A stretch of 64,000 bases of DNA from Lama glama. Lineage: Eukaryota. Position numbers and translations under genes: made by a program. Below the pieces are notes generated by a model. It was not told where the DNA came from. It ran no database searches and worked only from the letters and a program-made list of their open reading frames with translations. Shown here piece after piece: positions 23,961 to 34,885 of the stretch (position 1 is the first letter of the stretch; each line of letters starts with the position of its first letter). Where the stretch lies: NCBI GenBank assembly GCA_028534125.1, contig CM052816.1:45138001-45202000 (forward strand). The letters are read 5' to 3'.

Positions 23961-24267
23961 GGGAGGGAGGGTAGAGCTCAGCAGGAGAGCACATGCTTAG
24001 CGTGCATGAAGTCCTGGGTTCAATCCTCAATACCTCCATTAAATTTTTTTTAAATAAATAAATAAATCTAACCATCTCACTAAAAAAAAGTATTAAAAAA
24101 TAAGATAGATCAAAAGAACGAAAGACAGAAAGACAGACAGAAAGACAGACAGACAGAAAGAAAGAAAGAAAGAGAGAAAGAAAAATAGAAAGAGAGAAAG
24201 AGAGGAAGGGAGGAAGGAAGGAAGGAAGGAAGGAAGGAAGGAAGGAAGGAAGATAATAGATAGATAG
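23961..24267 (+). mobile_element. Vic-1-type SINE with an expanded compound microsatellite tail
   Basis: Head 'gggagggtagagctcagcaggagagcacatgcttagcgtgcatgaagtcctgggttcaatcctcaatacctcc'. Tail of GATA/GACA/GAAA/GGAA units. Perfect 12-bp TSD gagggccagtgt (23948-23959 / 24268-24279). Confidence 0.9.
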
Positions 24268-24394
24268 GAGGGCCAGTGTGCCTGGTGCCAAGTGAATGCC
24301 AGAGAGACTAGTCACAGATGTGTTAGGGTAATGTTGGGCTCTTTAGGTAACACTGAGAATTCTGGATTTTGTTCTCCATATAAAAGTGGGGAAT

Positions 24395-26778
24395 TGTATT
24401 AGTCAGCTGGGACTGCCATAATAAAATACTATAACCTGAGTGGCTTAAACAACATAGATTTAGTTTCTGACAATTCTGCAAGCTGAAAGTTTGAGATCAG
24501 GTTGCCAGCATGGTCAGTTTCTGGTGAGGACTCTCTTCCTGGCTTGCAGACAGACACCTTCTCACTACGTCCTCATATGGCCTTTCCTCCATATGTGCTT
24601 GCACAGGGGAGAGAGAGCAAGCCAGCAAGTGAGAGAGTCAGCACATGAGCAAACTCTGCTCTTTTTTTATGTTTTCCCAGCTTTGCTGAGATATAATTGA
24701 CATATAACATTGTGTGGGTTTAAGGTGTACAACGTCATGATTTGATACACTTACATGTTGCAAAATGATTACCACAATAGGGTAGCTAACAACTCTATCA
24801 TGTCACATAATTATCATCTTTTTGTGGCAAGAACATTTAAGATCTACTCTTTTAGCAATTTTCAAGTGTATTATACAGTACTGTTAATTTTAGTCATCAC
24901 ATTATACATTAGATCTCCAGAGTTTATTTTCTAATTGCAAGTTTGCACTATTTGACTGACATCTCATTTTCCCTACCCCTCAGCCCCTGGCAACTACCAT
25001 TCTACTCTCTGTTTCTGTAAGTTCTGCTTTTTTAGATTCCAGATATAGGTTAGATCATACAGTATTTGTCTTCCTCTGTCTGGCTTATTTCACTTAGCAT
25101 GATGCCTCAAAGTCCATCCATGTTGTTGAAAATGGCAAAATTTCCTTCTTTCTTATGGCTGAATAATAATATATATATTATATACATTTATATATATACA
25201 TACATTATATACATTATATACATATATACACACCAGCATCTTTGTCCATTCATCTGTTGACAAACAGTTAGGTTGTTTCCATATCCTGGTTCTTGTGAAT
25301 AATGTTGTAATGAACATAGGGGTGTGGATATCTCTTTAGGATCCTATTTTTAATTGCTTTTGTATAAATACTCAAAAGTGTAGTTGATGGGTCATTGCTA
25401 ATAGCCCCATTTTAAATTTTTTGAGGAACCTCTATACTGTTTTCCATAGTGGCTATACAAAATTTACATTCCCACCAACAGTGCTCAAGGGTTTCCTTTT
25501 CTTTGTATCTTCACCAACATTTATGATTTCTTGTCTTTTTGATAATAGCCACTCTAACAGATGTGAGTGGTATCTCATTGTGGTTTTGATTTGCATTTCC
25601 CTGATGAGTAATATTACCAAGCACCTCTTCATGTACCTGTTGGCCATTTGTGTATCTCCTTTGGAAAAATATCTACTCAGATCTTCTGCCGATTTTTAAA
25701 TCAAATTTTTAGGTTTTTTGTTCCTTATATATTTTTGATATTAACCCCTTATCAAATAGATGATTTGCAAATATTTTCTTCCATTCTGGAAGTTGTCTTT
25801 TCATTTTGTTGATTATTACTTTTGCTGTACAGAAGCTTTTTAGTTTGTTGTAGTTACGTTTGTTAATTTTGCTTTTGTTGCTTGTGATTTTGGTGTCACA
25901 TCCAAAAACTCATTGCCAGACTAATGTAGAACTTTTTCTCCCCTATTTTCTTCTACAAGTTTTACAATGTCAGGTCTTATTTTTGTCTTTAATCCATTTT
26001 GAGTTAATTTTTGTGAGCAATGTAAGATGGGGTCAGTTTAATTCTTCTGTATTTGATTACCCAGTTTTCCCAACATCATTTATTGAAGAAACTATCTTTT
26101 CCCCATTGAGTAGTCTTGGCTCCCTTATCAAATATTAGTTGGCTATATATGCAAGTGTTTATTTCTGGGCTCTTGATTCTATTCTATTGGTCTATGTTTC
26201 TGTTTTCTGCCAGTACCACACTGTTTTGATTTCTGTAATTTGGGACCAGGAGGTATGATGCCTCCAGCTTTGTTCTTTCTTAGGATTGCTTTGGCTATTT
26301 GTGGTCTTTTTCAGTCCTGTATGGATTTTAGGATTTTTTTCCTATCTCTGAAAAATGCCACTAAAATTTTGATAGGGATTGCAGTCAATCTGTCTTTGAG
26401 GTAGAATGAACATTTTAACAATATTAATTCTTCCAATCCATGAACATGTGATATCCTTACATTTGTTTGTGCCTTCAGTTTCTTTCATCAAAGTCTTACA
26501 GTTTTCAGTGTACAGATCTTTCACCTACTTGGTTAAACTTATTCCTAATTATTTTATTGTTTTTGATGCTATTGTAAATGAGATTATTTTCTTTTTCAGA
26601 TATTTTGTTGTTAGTAATAGCTCTTTTAAAGGTACTAATCACATTGCAGCAGGGCCCTCATCCTTCTGACTTCATTTAACATTAATTACTTTTTACAGGC
26701 CCCATCTACAGGGTAACCATGCTGTGTTAGTCTTTAGCTTATGAATTTTGGGGGAACACAAAAATTAAGTCCATAACA
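24395..26778 (-). mobile_element. MLT1A-type MaLR solo LTR split by an L1 (LTR parts 24395-24665 and 26620-26778)
   Basis: Begins 'tgtattagtcagct...gcttaaacaaca' and ends 'gtccataaca'. 5-bp TSD ggaat / ggcat. Confidence 0.85.
24666..26619 (-). mobile_element. L1MA9-like LINE-1, 5'-truncated
   Basis: L1MA-type 3'UTR ('gagatataattgacatataacattgtgt..tttaaggtgtacaac'). ORF2 remnants '[23 protein letters not shown]' and '[26 protein letters not shown]'. TSD gctctttt (24658-24665 / 26620-26627). Confidence 0.92.
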
Positions 26779-27172
26779 GGCATGATATGATCTGACTTAA
26801 ACTTTTAAAATATCACATTGGCTGCTGTGTGCTGAACAGACTACATGGGAGAAAAAGTGAAAACAGAGAGAATAGTTATAAGTCTAAGGCAATGGTCCAG
26901 GTAAGAGATGATAAAAGCTCTGAATAGGATGGCAGTGATGGAAATTGGAACGATATGTAGATTCAGATTATGTTTTGAAAGCAGAGCTGTAAACACTTGC
27001 TAAATGTGGGTGGATAAAAGAATGAGAAGAAATAAGGAAGAAAAAGACCATGGTTTGAGGTCTGAGCATCAGGGTGTATGGTAACATCATAATCTAAGAT
27101 AGAGAGGACTAGGGGAGGAAAGGTGGAAAAATCAAGAGCTACATTTTAAATGTGTTAAGATTGAGGTACCTA

Positions 27173-28582
27173 CAAAAACAGACATATGGATCAATGGAAC
27201 AGAATAGAGAGCTCAGAAATAAACCCACATGGTCAATAGAAAAGACAGCCTCTTTGACAAGTAGTGTTGGGAAAGCTGGACAGCCACATGTAAATAAATG
27301 AAGTTAGAACACTCCCTCACACTATACACAAAAATAAACTCAAAATGGCTGAAAGACGTAAACATAAGACAAGACACTATAAACTTCCTAGAAGAAAACA
27401 TAGGCAAAACATTCTCTGACATAAATATTAGCAATGTTCTCCTATGGCAGTCAACCAAGGCAATAGAAATAAAAGCAAAAATAAACAAATGGGACCTAAT
27501 TAACTATAAGCTTTTGCACAGCAAAGTAAACTATAAACAAAATGAAAAGACAACCTACAGAATGAGAGAAAATATTTGCAAACCATGCAACTGACAAGGG
27601 TTTAATTTCCAGAATATTCAAACAGCTTATACAACTCAATAGCTAAAAAACCAAATAATCCAATTAAAAAATGTGCAGAAGACCTAAACAAACATTTCTC
27701 TAATGAAGATATACAAATGACCAATAGGTACATGAAAAAAGTGTTCAATATCACTAATTATCAGAGAAATGCAAATCAAAACTACCATGAGGTGTCACCT
27801 CACACCTGTCAGAATAGCCACATTAAAAAAAGTCCACAAGCAACAAATACTGGAGAAAGTTTGGAGAAAAGGGAACCTTCCCACATTGTTGGTGGGAATA
27901 CAGTTTGATGCAGCCATTATGGAAAGTCATATGGAGATTCTTTAAAGTGAAAATAGACTTACCCTATGATCTAGCAATCCCACTCCTGGGCATGTATCCT
28001 GAGGAAACTGTAATTCAAAAAGATACATACACCCTAATGTTCATAGCAGCACTATTTACAATAGCCAGGACATGGAAGCAACCTAAATGTCCATCGACTG
28101 ATGATTGGATAAGAAGATGTGGTGTATATATATACAATGGACTACTACTCAGCCATAAAAAAAATAATGCCATTTGCAGCAACATGGATGGATGTGGAGA
28201 TTGTCGTACTGAGTAAGCCAGAAAGAGAAAGAAAAATACCATATGCTATCACTTACATGTGGAATTTTAAAAAATTAGACAGATGAACTTATTTACAAAG
28301 CAGAAAAACACTCACAGACATAGTAAACAACTGTATGGTTATCGGGGGGAAAGGGGGTCGTGGAAGGATAAAGTGGGAGTTCTAGATTTGCAGATACTAA
28401 TTACTATATATAAAATAGATAAAAAAACAAGGTCTTACTGTATAGCACAGGAAACTATATACAATACCTTGTAGTAACCTATTATGAAAAAGAATATATA
28501 TATATAACTGAATCACTATGCTGTACACCAGAAATTAACACAACACTGTACACAGACTATACTTCAATTTAAAAAAAAACAC
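27173..28582 (+). mobile_element. Camelid-lineage L1, 5'-truncated (ORF2 C-terminus plus 3'UTR, frameshifted)
   Basis: ORF2 remnants 'KLEHSLTLYTKINSKWLKDVNIRQDTINFLEENIG' and '[39 protein letters not shown]'. Poly-A tail. TSD gattgaggtaccta (27159-27172) / gattgaagtaccta (28583-28596) at a TT/AAGA site. Confidence 0.93.
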
Positions 28583-28749
28583 GATTGAAGTACCTATTAG
28601 ACAGTCATTTGGTGACTTAAAGGAAGCTGTTAGATGACTATTCCATTTGTGGAATGTTGTTTCATAACCAACTTTCATAAAAGCTTCTATTTCAGGAAGG
28701 TTACTTATTACCTAGTTATAAGCACTTGAAATTAACTCTAGTTGAATTA

Positions 28750-30195
28750 GACAGTTATGGTAGCATATTGGGTACCTCGTAGCATCACTGGGAGAGCAAA
28801 AGAACCAGAATTTGGCAAACTAATCAAGGAAGTCTCCCCAAAACAACCCACATTAGAACTGGCTCTGGGAAGAAAACTGCTAAATATATAGTTAGGATGG
28901 TACTGCCCCAGCTGGGCTTGAACCACCAACATTTCAATTTCCATGCTGTCTGGAGGCCAGCCAGCCTCTTGGTGGCTTGTTAATTATATTGGACTCTTTC
29001 CATAATGAAGAGCACAATTATTCGGGAATAGATGATTAGATGATTATTTTGTGCTTGTGTTTGCTTTCCCTGCTCATAGATTTATTACATATATTCTCCA
29101 TCATGAGGAGCCACACAACATAACTTTCAATTGAGAAACTTACTTTATGGTGTTTACGGAATTACTGGCTTTACCATGCATTCCCATTATCCAGAAGCAG
29201 TTGACCCTACAGAACTTTGGAATGGCATATGAAATATTCAGTTCTTATGTTAGCTTGGAGACAACATTCCGTGAAGTCGGGGTGCTAGTATATAAGATCT
29301 GGTATGTGCTCTGAATCCCATAACCATTATGACGCTTCCACAGGCAGGAAACATGAATCTGGTAAGCAAGAGGCAGAATGGGAGTTGCATTTAATTCACC
29401 TAGTGGCCCACTTACAGAAATTTTGCATCAAATTCCTGTCCCTTTAGGTTCCACAGGTTTAGGGGTCGTAGTAGGAAAGAGGGGCTGTTGCCACAGGGAA
29501 TCAAGACTGATTGAATTGGAAGCTGATAGCGCCACCTTTCTGTTTCTGATCCTGAAACCACAGGATGAAGAGTCAAAAAGAAGATTAGAGTGTGACAGGA
29601 ATGACTGATCATAGCTATCACGGGGAAACAGTGTCATTATTATACAGTGGGATCAAAAAAGTGTTAATGGAAACCCAGTGATCTTCTGTTTCAGTGTTAA
29701 AAGTTAAAAGGAAATCCACAACAACTCAATATGGGAAAGATGGTCAAAGGGTCAGTTTTCTCAGGGATGAAGGAAATAGGTAACCCCTTGGCTGAGGGCA
29801 AAAGAAAAATGAAATTGACAGTAGGGGAGACAAGTCAACAACACAAATGCAGCACCAAAGATGAGTTGCAGAAATAAGGATTGTGGAATCTATGCATATA
29901 TTCTTTCAAGTGTATGTTTATATATTTTATCAGGTTTTCCTACATTTTCCCTTCATTTCTCCTGATTAATATAGTGTATGTTAGTGGTGGTTAATTTAAA
30001 TATTAGTAGATAATTTATAGAATATTGAGACAAGACCATGGCACAACTCCAAAAGAATTGGACATCTTCCAGAAAGCCTGGCTTTCAGTCTGGGTAAGAC
30101 TGAAGCTCATTCCCTTTGTATGAGGAAAAACAGTTACTTTAGATTAAGTGCAAGAAGAAGTGTGTACATTCATGTTGGGTTGCCAAAGGTTTGAC
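28750..30195 (+). mobile_element. Decayed ERVL-class internal region (integrase and downstream dUTPase-like remnants)
   Basis: Broken translations 'WWLVNYIGLFP' (about 28970), 'PHYPEAVDPTELWNG' (about 29185) and 'PLTEILHQIPVPLGSTGLGVVVGKRG' (about 29410) correspond to the ERVL pol motifs WQVDYIGPLP, PHHPEAAGLIERWNG and PLAEFLLPVP.TL.SAGLEVLVPKGG. Confidence 0.8.
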
Positions 30196-30654
30196 TTAAA
30201 GAGGACATTTGTGATTCATTTTGGCCACATAGCAACCAAGTCCCTTTCTATATTTGGGGAGTTCTCTACTTAGGAGTCTTGGTGTAGGGCATAGAGAGTT
30301 TATTGCTATAGAAGCTGAGAATGCTAGATACTTAGTAATTTCTCTTAAAGACAGAACATTCTCGTGAGACTTAATATTCATAGCTGGACTTTGACCAAGT
30401 AGTTAGTGACGCAAGAAACCAAGAACAGGTGACTTTTGTGTGCATGTGTGACCGTGGCGATGACAGCAATTATTTCCTTATGAAAAACAAGGCTGAGACT
30501 TAGCCTGAAGATTTTCCTTTGGATTTTTCATCTGAAATTGGGCTCTCAAGCCCTCCCAGTGTGTCTGTAAACTATTCAATGTCCTTTTAATAAATTCCTT
30601 TTCTACTTAACTCTAGCCAGAATTGTTAGAAGTCAAGAATCCCTAACTAATACA
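30196..30654 (+). mobile_element. ERVL-class 3' LTR (LTR33/LTR40/LTR41-like)
   Basis: Follows a PPT-like 'gccaaaggtttgac'. Ends 'aataaattccttttctacttaactctagccagaa...gaatccctaactaataca'. Confidence 0.7.
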
Positions 30655-31161
30655 GCATCTGTTGAGGTAGTTTCCAACATTTTGTCAATGTTATGAATCA
30701 TCTTTTAAAAATAACTTTTAAACCATCCCTTTAAAAAAATCTGTTTTTAAAAGTCAGAGACCTCATATTTTAAACTATTTTAATATTAAGCAAAATGTAT
30801 TTGTTAAGTCTGTGCAACTTTATCTCAGGTAAACTTACACCATTCCTCAATTTAAAAATCCTAAAAATAAGATATATGCCTTCATCATTACTTTTAGATT
30901 GAGAATCACTGGGTTGAGATAAAAAGCACACTGTGCAGTAAAACCTCATCAATTCAAATTAAATAGGAAGGAGGACTTTGTACATCAATGTAAAAAACCA
31001 AATTTTAAAGCAATGAAGTTCTGTAATTTCCAAGTCCTTACAGTAAGTAGCTGTATCTGAATACCAACAAAGCATTACTAGAAATGATAGAAACCTGCTA
31101 GAACTTACTAGAAATGTGCCAAGATAGATTTATAATCATACAATCAAGTTTTGTTGGGACC

Positions 31162-31718
31162 TGTATATTATTCAGAATTCTTTCTGTTTCAGATAATAGA
31201 AACTCAATTCAATTGGCTTAAACTTAAAAAGCCAGAATTGAAAAATCCAGATAGTCTGACTTCAGGCATTGCTAGATGTAGGGGCTAAAAAAAGCACCAG
31301 GACTCAGTCTACCTCTCGCCATTGCTGGTCTGTGCTTTCTTCTGTATTGGATCCATTCTCAGCAAGCCATCCCCTATTGCTACCAAGACGGCTGCCAGAA
31401 GTTCTGGGCCTGCATCCTATCCTTTCAGCAATCCTGTTTAAAAAGAAAAAATTCCCAACAGTTTCTTTAAAAGTCTTAGGACTGACTCAGATTTGCCCAG
31501 CATGACCTACGTGCCTTTCTTGGCCAAGAATATGGAAGACATGGAATGCCTATGTCAGGTCACCATCCCATTGCTTGAATCTGAGGATGACTTCAGTTCT
31601 GTCAAACCTCACACCTCCAAGAAGTGGAAGAGAAGTGCTTCAGCAAAGAAAGTGGGGGTGATCTTAGCAGAAGAAGGAGTGGGATGCTGGCCAGACAGAA
31701 GCAACAACCCTTTCACTA
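31162..31718 (-). mobile_element. MLT1K-like MaLR LTR
   Basis: 'tattattcagaattctttctgtttcagataatagaaactcaattcaattggcttaaac...gacttcaggcattgctagat...ggatgctggccagacagaagcaacaa'. Confidence 0.75.
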
Positions 31719-32348
31719 GAAGACCTTGAATTCCCAGCAACACCTGGAGCCACAGGCTCCTTTAAACACCACTGATCATCACTGAGCCTCCATTTATACA
31801 CTCCTGGTGCTGATACATTTTTTTTTCTTACTTGGCAATCTATTCTGTTGCCAGTAAGTGCTAAATTTCATCCAGGTATTGAATTAAAATTTGCTTCCCT
31901 GGATTTTAAAAACATCAATCTATCTATGCTCTGCTCTCTGGAGTGTAGTATTTGCCCCTTCCTACTTAAAAATGCTGTTCTTTCAAGTGCATGAGATCAG
32001 ATATCATGCAAATCAGGCTTGCCATCCAGTATTCTTGTTTCCGCAGCCATTTCTCGAATGATACATTTTCCATGAACTTTATTGTCTTAGACACTTTTCC
32101 TCAAGACATTTTCTCATTTGTCTCTGTTCCTGTTACTACGGTATCATAAAAATATGCTTCTATAGAAGAGTATTTGGTTGAGGGTGGGTAAATAAATCAA
32201 CAGGGAGTCAAGATTACACCATGAGATACAGACTCATTTTTTTTAACTGTGCCCCACCTTGTTACAAGCAGTCCAATTTGCTTAGGATAAACCTTGGATT
32301 TAGATGTAAAATGGATGCAATAGGCCACTTCATATTTTGTCCTGAATG

Positions 32349-32458
32349 GAGTGACTATGGTCTGCATTGCCTAGAACAGCCCCAGTAATGCCTTTTGGGC
32401 CAGTGTAATTATTAATGGCGTCCTTTTCACTTTCAAAGTCCCATTCTGGTCACCCTAG
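32349..32458 (-). mobile_element. MER81-like hAT-Blackjack MITE
   Basis: Terminal 'ggtcacccta' and internal 'gtgtaattattaatggcgtccttttcactttcaaa'. Confidence 0.75.
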
Positions 32459-33059
32459 TAAACCACTATCTGCTGATATGACAGGTTATTCCACAGGTAC
32501 AGGTGCACTAGGATGTGAACAACTTGAGAGACTATGTTTTATTTGACTTCATATTCCCAGAACTTCACTCAATTCCAGGACATAGTGGATATTTAATACA
32601 TGCTTCTTGAATAAGGAGATGAATAAATCCGATTATGTGGTTTTAAGCTCAAACACAAAACTTTGCATTTGTCCTTAAAAATACATGTATTAACTGGCAG
32701 ATGCATGCTTTACAACAAGTGATATGCTTTGAGGTGTTTAAATGCCTAAAAACAGTTCTCTACATATTTTTCAAAATAGCCCCAAATGTTTCATAGATGG
32801 TAACATAGACAGTGAACAATGGCCAAATAAATGAAATGTGACTAGTTATCCATGTGCCCAGGACAGAGTTTTTCAGATAGCAAATATTAAATAAATGTTA
32901 GAACTTCAAAAATATTTAATAATCACACCTATAGATTATGATGGTAAAGTAGATACTGAATAGAGTGAATCCAATAGATTTGATCTCCGATACAAGTTTA
33001 GTTTAAAGTGCAGTAAGTGTAGAATTGGCAAAATGCTGATTAAAGAGAAAGTAGCAATC

Positions 33060-33215
33060 TAGACTCTCAGAATTGCCATTCGAAAAGATAATGGAGACCA
33101 CTTAATTTAATCTACTCTTTTTGCAAAGGAGAAAACTTGATCACAAAGAAAAGACTTCTTCAAGGCCACATGGTTAGTTACTAGTAGAAACAGATAAAAA
33201 CGCAGGTCTTCAGTG
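33060..33215 (-). mobile_element. MIR (MIR3/MIRc-like) fragment
   Basis: 'tttgcaaaggagaaaacttga...cttcttcaaggccacatggttagtta'. Confidence 0.55.
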
Positions 33216-33471
33216 GGAAAGTAGGGTTTTTTTTACTTTTGTTTAATGGGATTTTCTATGTTAATGGAGTTAAACAGAAAAATATTTTAGAATTCACCAT
33301 TATTTTGTCTTTAAAGAAGAAACGTTGATCAGCTGACTGATATTTCAATGACCTTATTTTCGTGGGTAGCTACAGGAGCATTCTAAATATAAAGGGACCA
33401 CATTCCAATCATGAAGTTTCCCTATTGCAGTTGTAGAGGGAATGCAGATTGAGTGAGCTATATGTAGTGTG

Positions 33472-33598
33472 GCTAGATAAATGAGCACTCAAACAGAAAC
33501 ATTTTTGAGAATGAGAGAGGGTGTTATTAACAATTATGCTAGAACAACAGGCATAAATTAAGACTGTCCTGGGTGAACCAGGATTTATTGTCACCATA
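33472..33598 (+). mobile_element. MER81-like hAT-Blackjack MITE
   Basis: 'acatttttgagaatgagagagggtgttattaacaattatgctagaacaacaggcataaa..gactgtcctgggtgaaccagga..tgtcaccata'. Confidence 0.75.
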
Positions 33599-33719
33599 GA
33601 CAAATGTGTACTTTTTTCGTTGTTAATTGCTTTCTATTAGGGCGCTGTGGACAAGAATTCTGATAATGGAAGTCAGGAGTAGGGGCTTTGTTATATTTGC
33701 TGTATTAATAATATATCTT

Positions 33720-33825
33720 GAAAAAAATATGAAAACAAATATATGTATGTATATACATGACTGGGACATTGTGCTGTACACCAGAAATTGACACATTGTA
33801 ACTGATGGTACTTCAATTAAAAAAA
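33720..33825 (+). mobile_element. Very short (about 105 bp) camelid L1 3' tail insertion
   Basis: 'gctgtacaccagaaattgacacattgtaactga..tacttcaattaaaaaaa'. TSD taataatatatctt (33706-33719) / taagaatatatctt (33826-33839). Confidence 0.85.
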
Positions 33826-34432
33826 TAAGAATATATCTTAAATAATAAATGAGTTTCAGGATTTTGATTTAGTCCACGCAAATTCACATCTAGACTTTAT
33901 ACACCCAGAAATTATACATTTTCTGTATCCTTTGGAAGCATCAAAGTTAGTAACTATAAAATGAATCAGGTCTCAAATGGGTTGGGAAAAGTACAAGTTG
34001 TTTTGAGATACCTCAACCCCTCTCCAATACCACAACTAGTTATGAAAGCAATACAGATGTTTTTGTTTTCTTCTTGACTTGGGTCACATTCCATTCTGGG
34101 ATGATGTAAGAGTTTTAACCAAGCATAGAATAGTAATGAGCATTTTGGGAGATCCAGTTCTAAAACCTTGCCTTTGGTCACATACAGCTAGCACTTCGAA
34201 TCTAAAAACATGGAACCTTTTGATTTGCAAGGTTAATCGTACACCTGTTTACTTTTGGAATATTTTTAAGAGGTCAAACTGTGAAAGCAAAGAGTAAGTT
34301 ATGGTCCACTTGTCCAAGAAAAAAAAAAGCCTATGAGTCTTCTAGTATTTTTCCTATCTCATTGGAATATACAAGCTGAGCAGCCATGGTTCTCTTCAAC
34401 AAACAGCTGAGGCCTCTTGACTTTTGCTTGGA

Positions 34433-34605
34433 GCTGGTAGTTTCCAGCTTGGCTGCACATCAGAATTACCTGGAGGGCTGTTCAGAAATCCTGATGCCCA
34501 GGCCACACCTCAGATCAATTAAATAATCATCTCTGGTGGCAGAACCCAGGCATCAATAAACACTGCAGATGATTCCAACATTCAGGTAAGGTTGCAGCCC
34601 CAGCT
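34433..34605. mobile_element. MER5A DNA transposon
   Basis: 'cttggctgcacatcagaattacctggagggc...gatgcccaggccacacctcaga..aattaaat..atctctgg'. Confidence 0.8.
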
Positions 34606-34754
34606 CTCGAATCATTTAAGGGCTGATTTGAGGAGTTTTAAACCCAGTGCTCTAAGGAGTCTGGAGAAGACAAAATTATCTTACACAGCTAGCGTGACTT
34701 ACTGGTTCCAGGAAATGATCTAGAGTTGCAGGCAAAGTAAGAAAAAGAGGGATA

Positions 34755-34885
34755 ATTAGCTTTGGACTTAGGTAGGCTTTATTTTTAAACCCAGGATCAG
34801 CTACTTAAATTAGTTGTCTTTGGACACGTTACTTATTCTCATTGAGCCTCAGCCTCCTCATCTGTAAAATGGACCAGTACCACCT
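34755..34885 (+). mobile_element. MIR SINE
   Basis: MIR core 'ttggacacgttacttattctcattgagcctcagcctcctcatctgtaaaatgg'. Confidence 0.8.

Larger units (their letters stand above)
23570..28640 (-). mobile_element. L2 host element split into four pieces by nested insertions
   Basis: Antisense L2 sequence at about 23570-23960, 24268-24394, 26779-27172 and 28583-28640 reads continuously once the TSD-bounded inserts are removed. Confidence 0.75.

Noticed and set aside
23961..24040. tRNA-like sequences (also at about 12305-12379, 43505-43583 and 60385-60461)
   Set aside because: They are SINE heads: degenerate cloverleaf, A-rich tails and TSDs. They are not tRNA genes.
23944..24315. 123-aa hydrophobic ORF
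   Set aside because: Antisense translation of a microsatellite and SINE.
27298..28216. ORFs with clear protein homology
   Set aside because: Frameshifted L1 ORF2 remnants in a 5'-truncated copy, not a gene. The same applies to 3660-4372 and 25066-26669.
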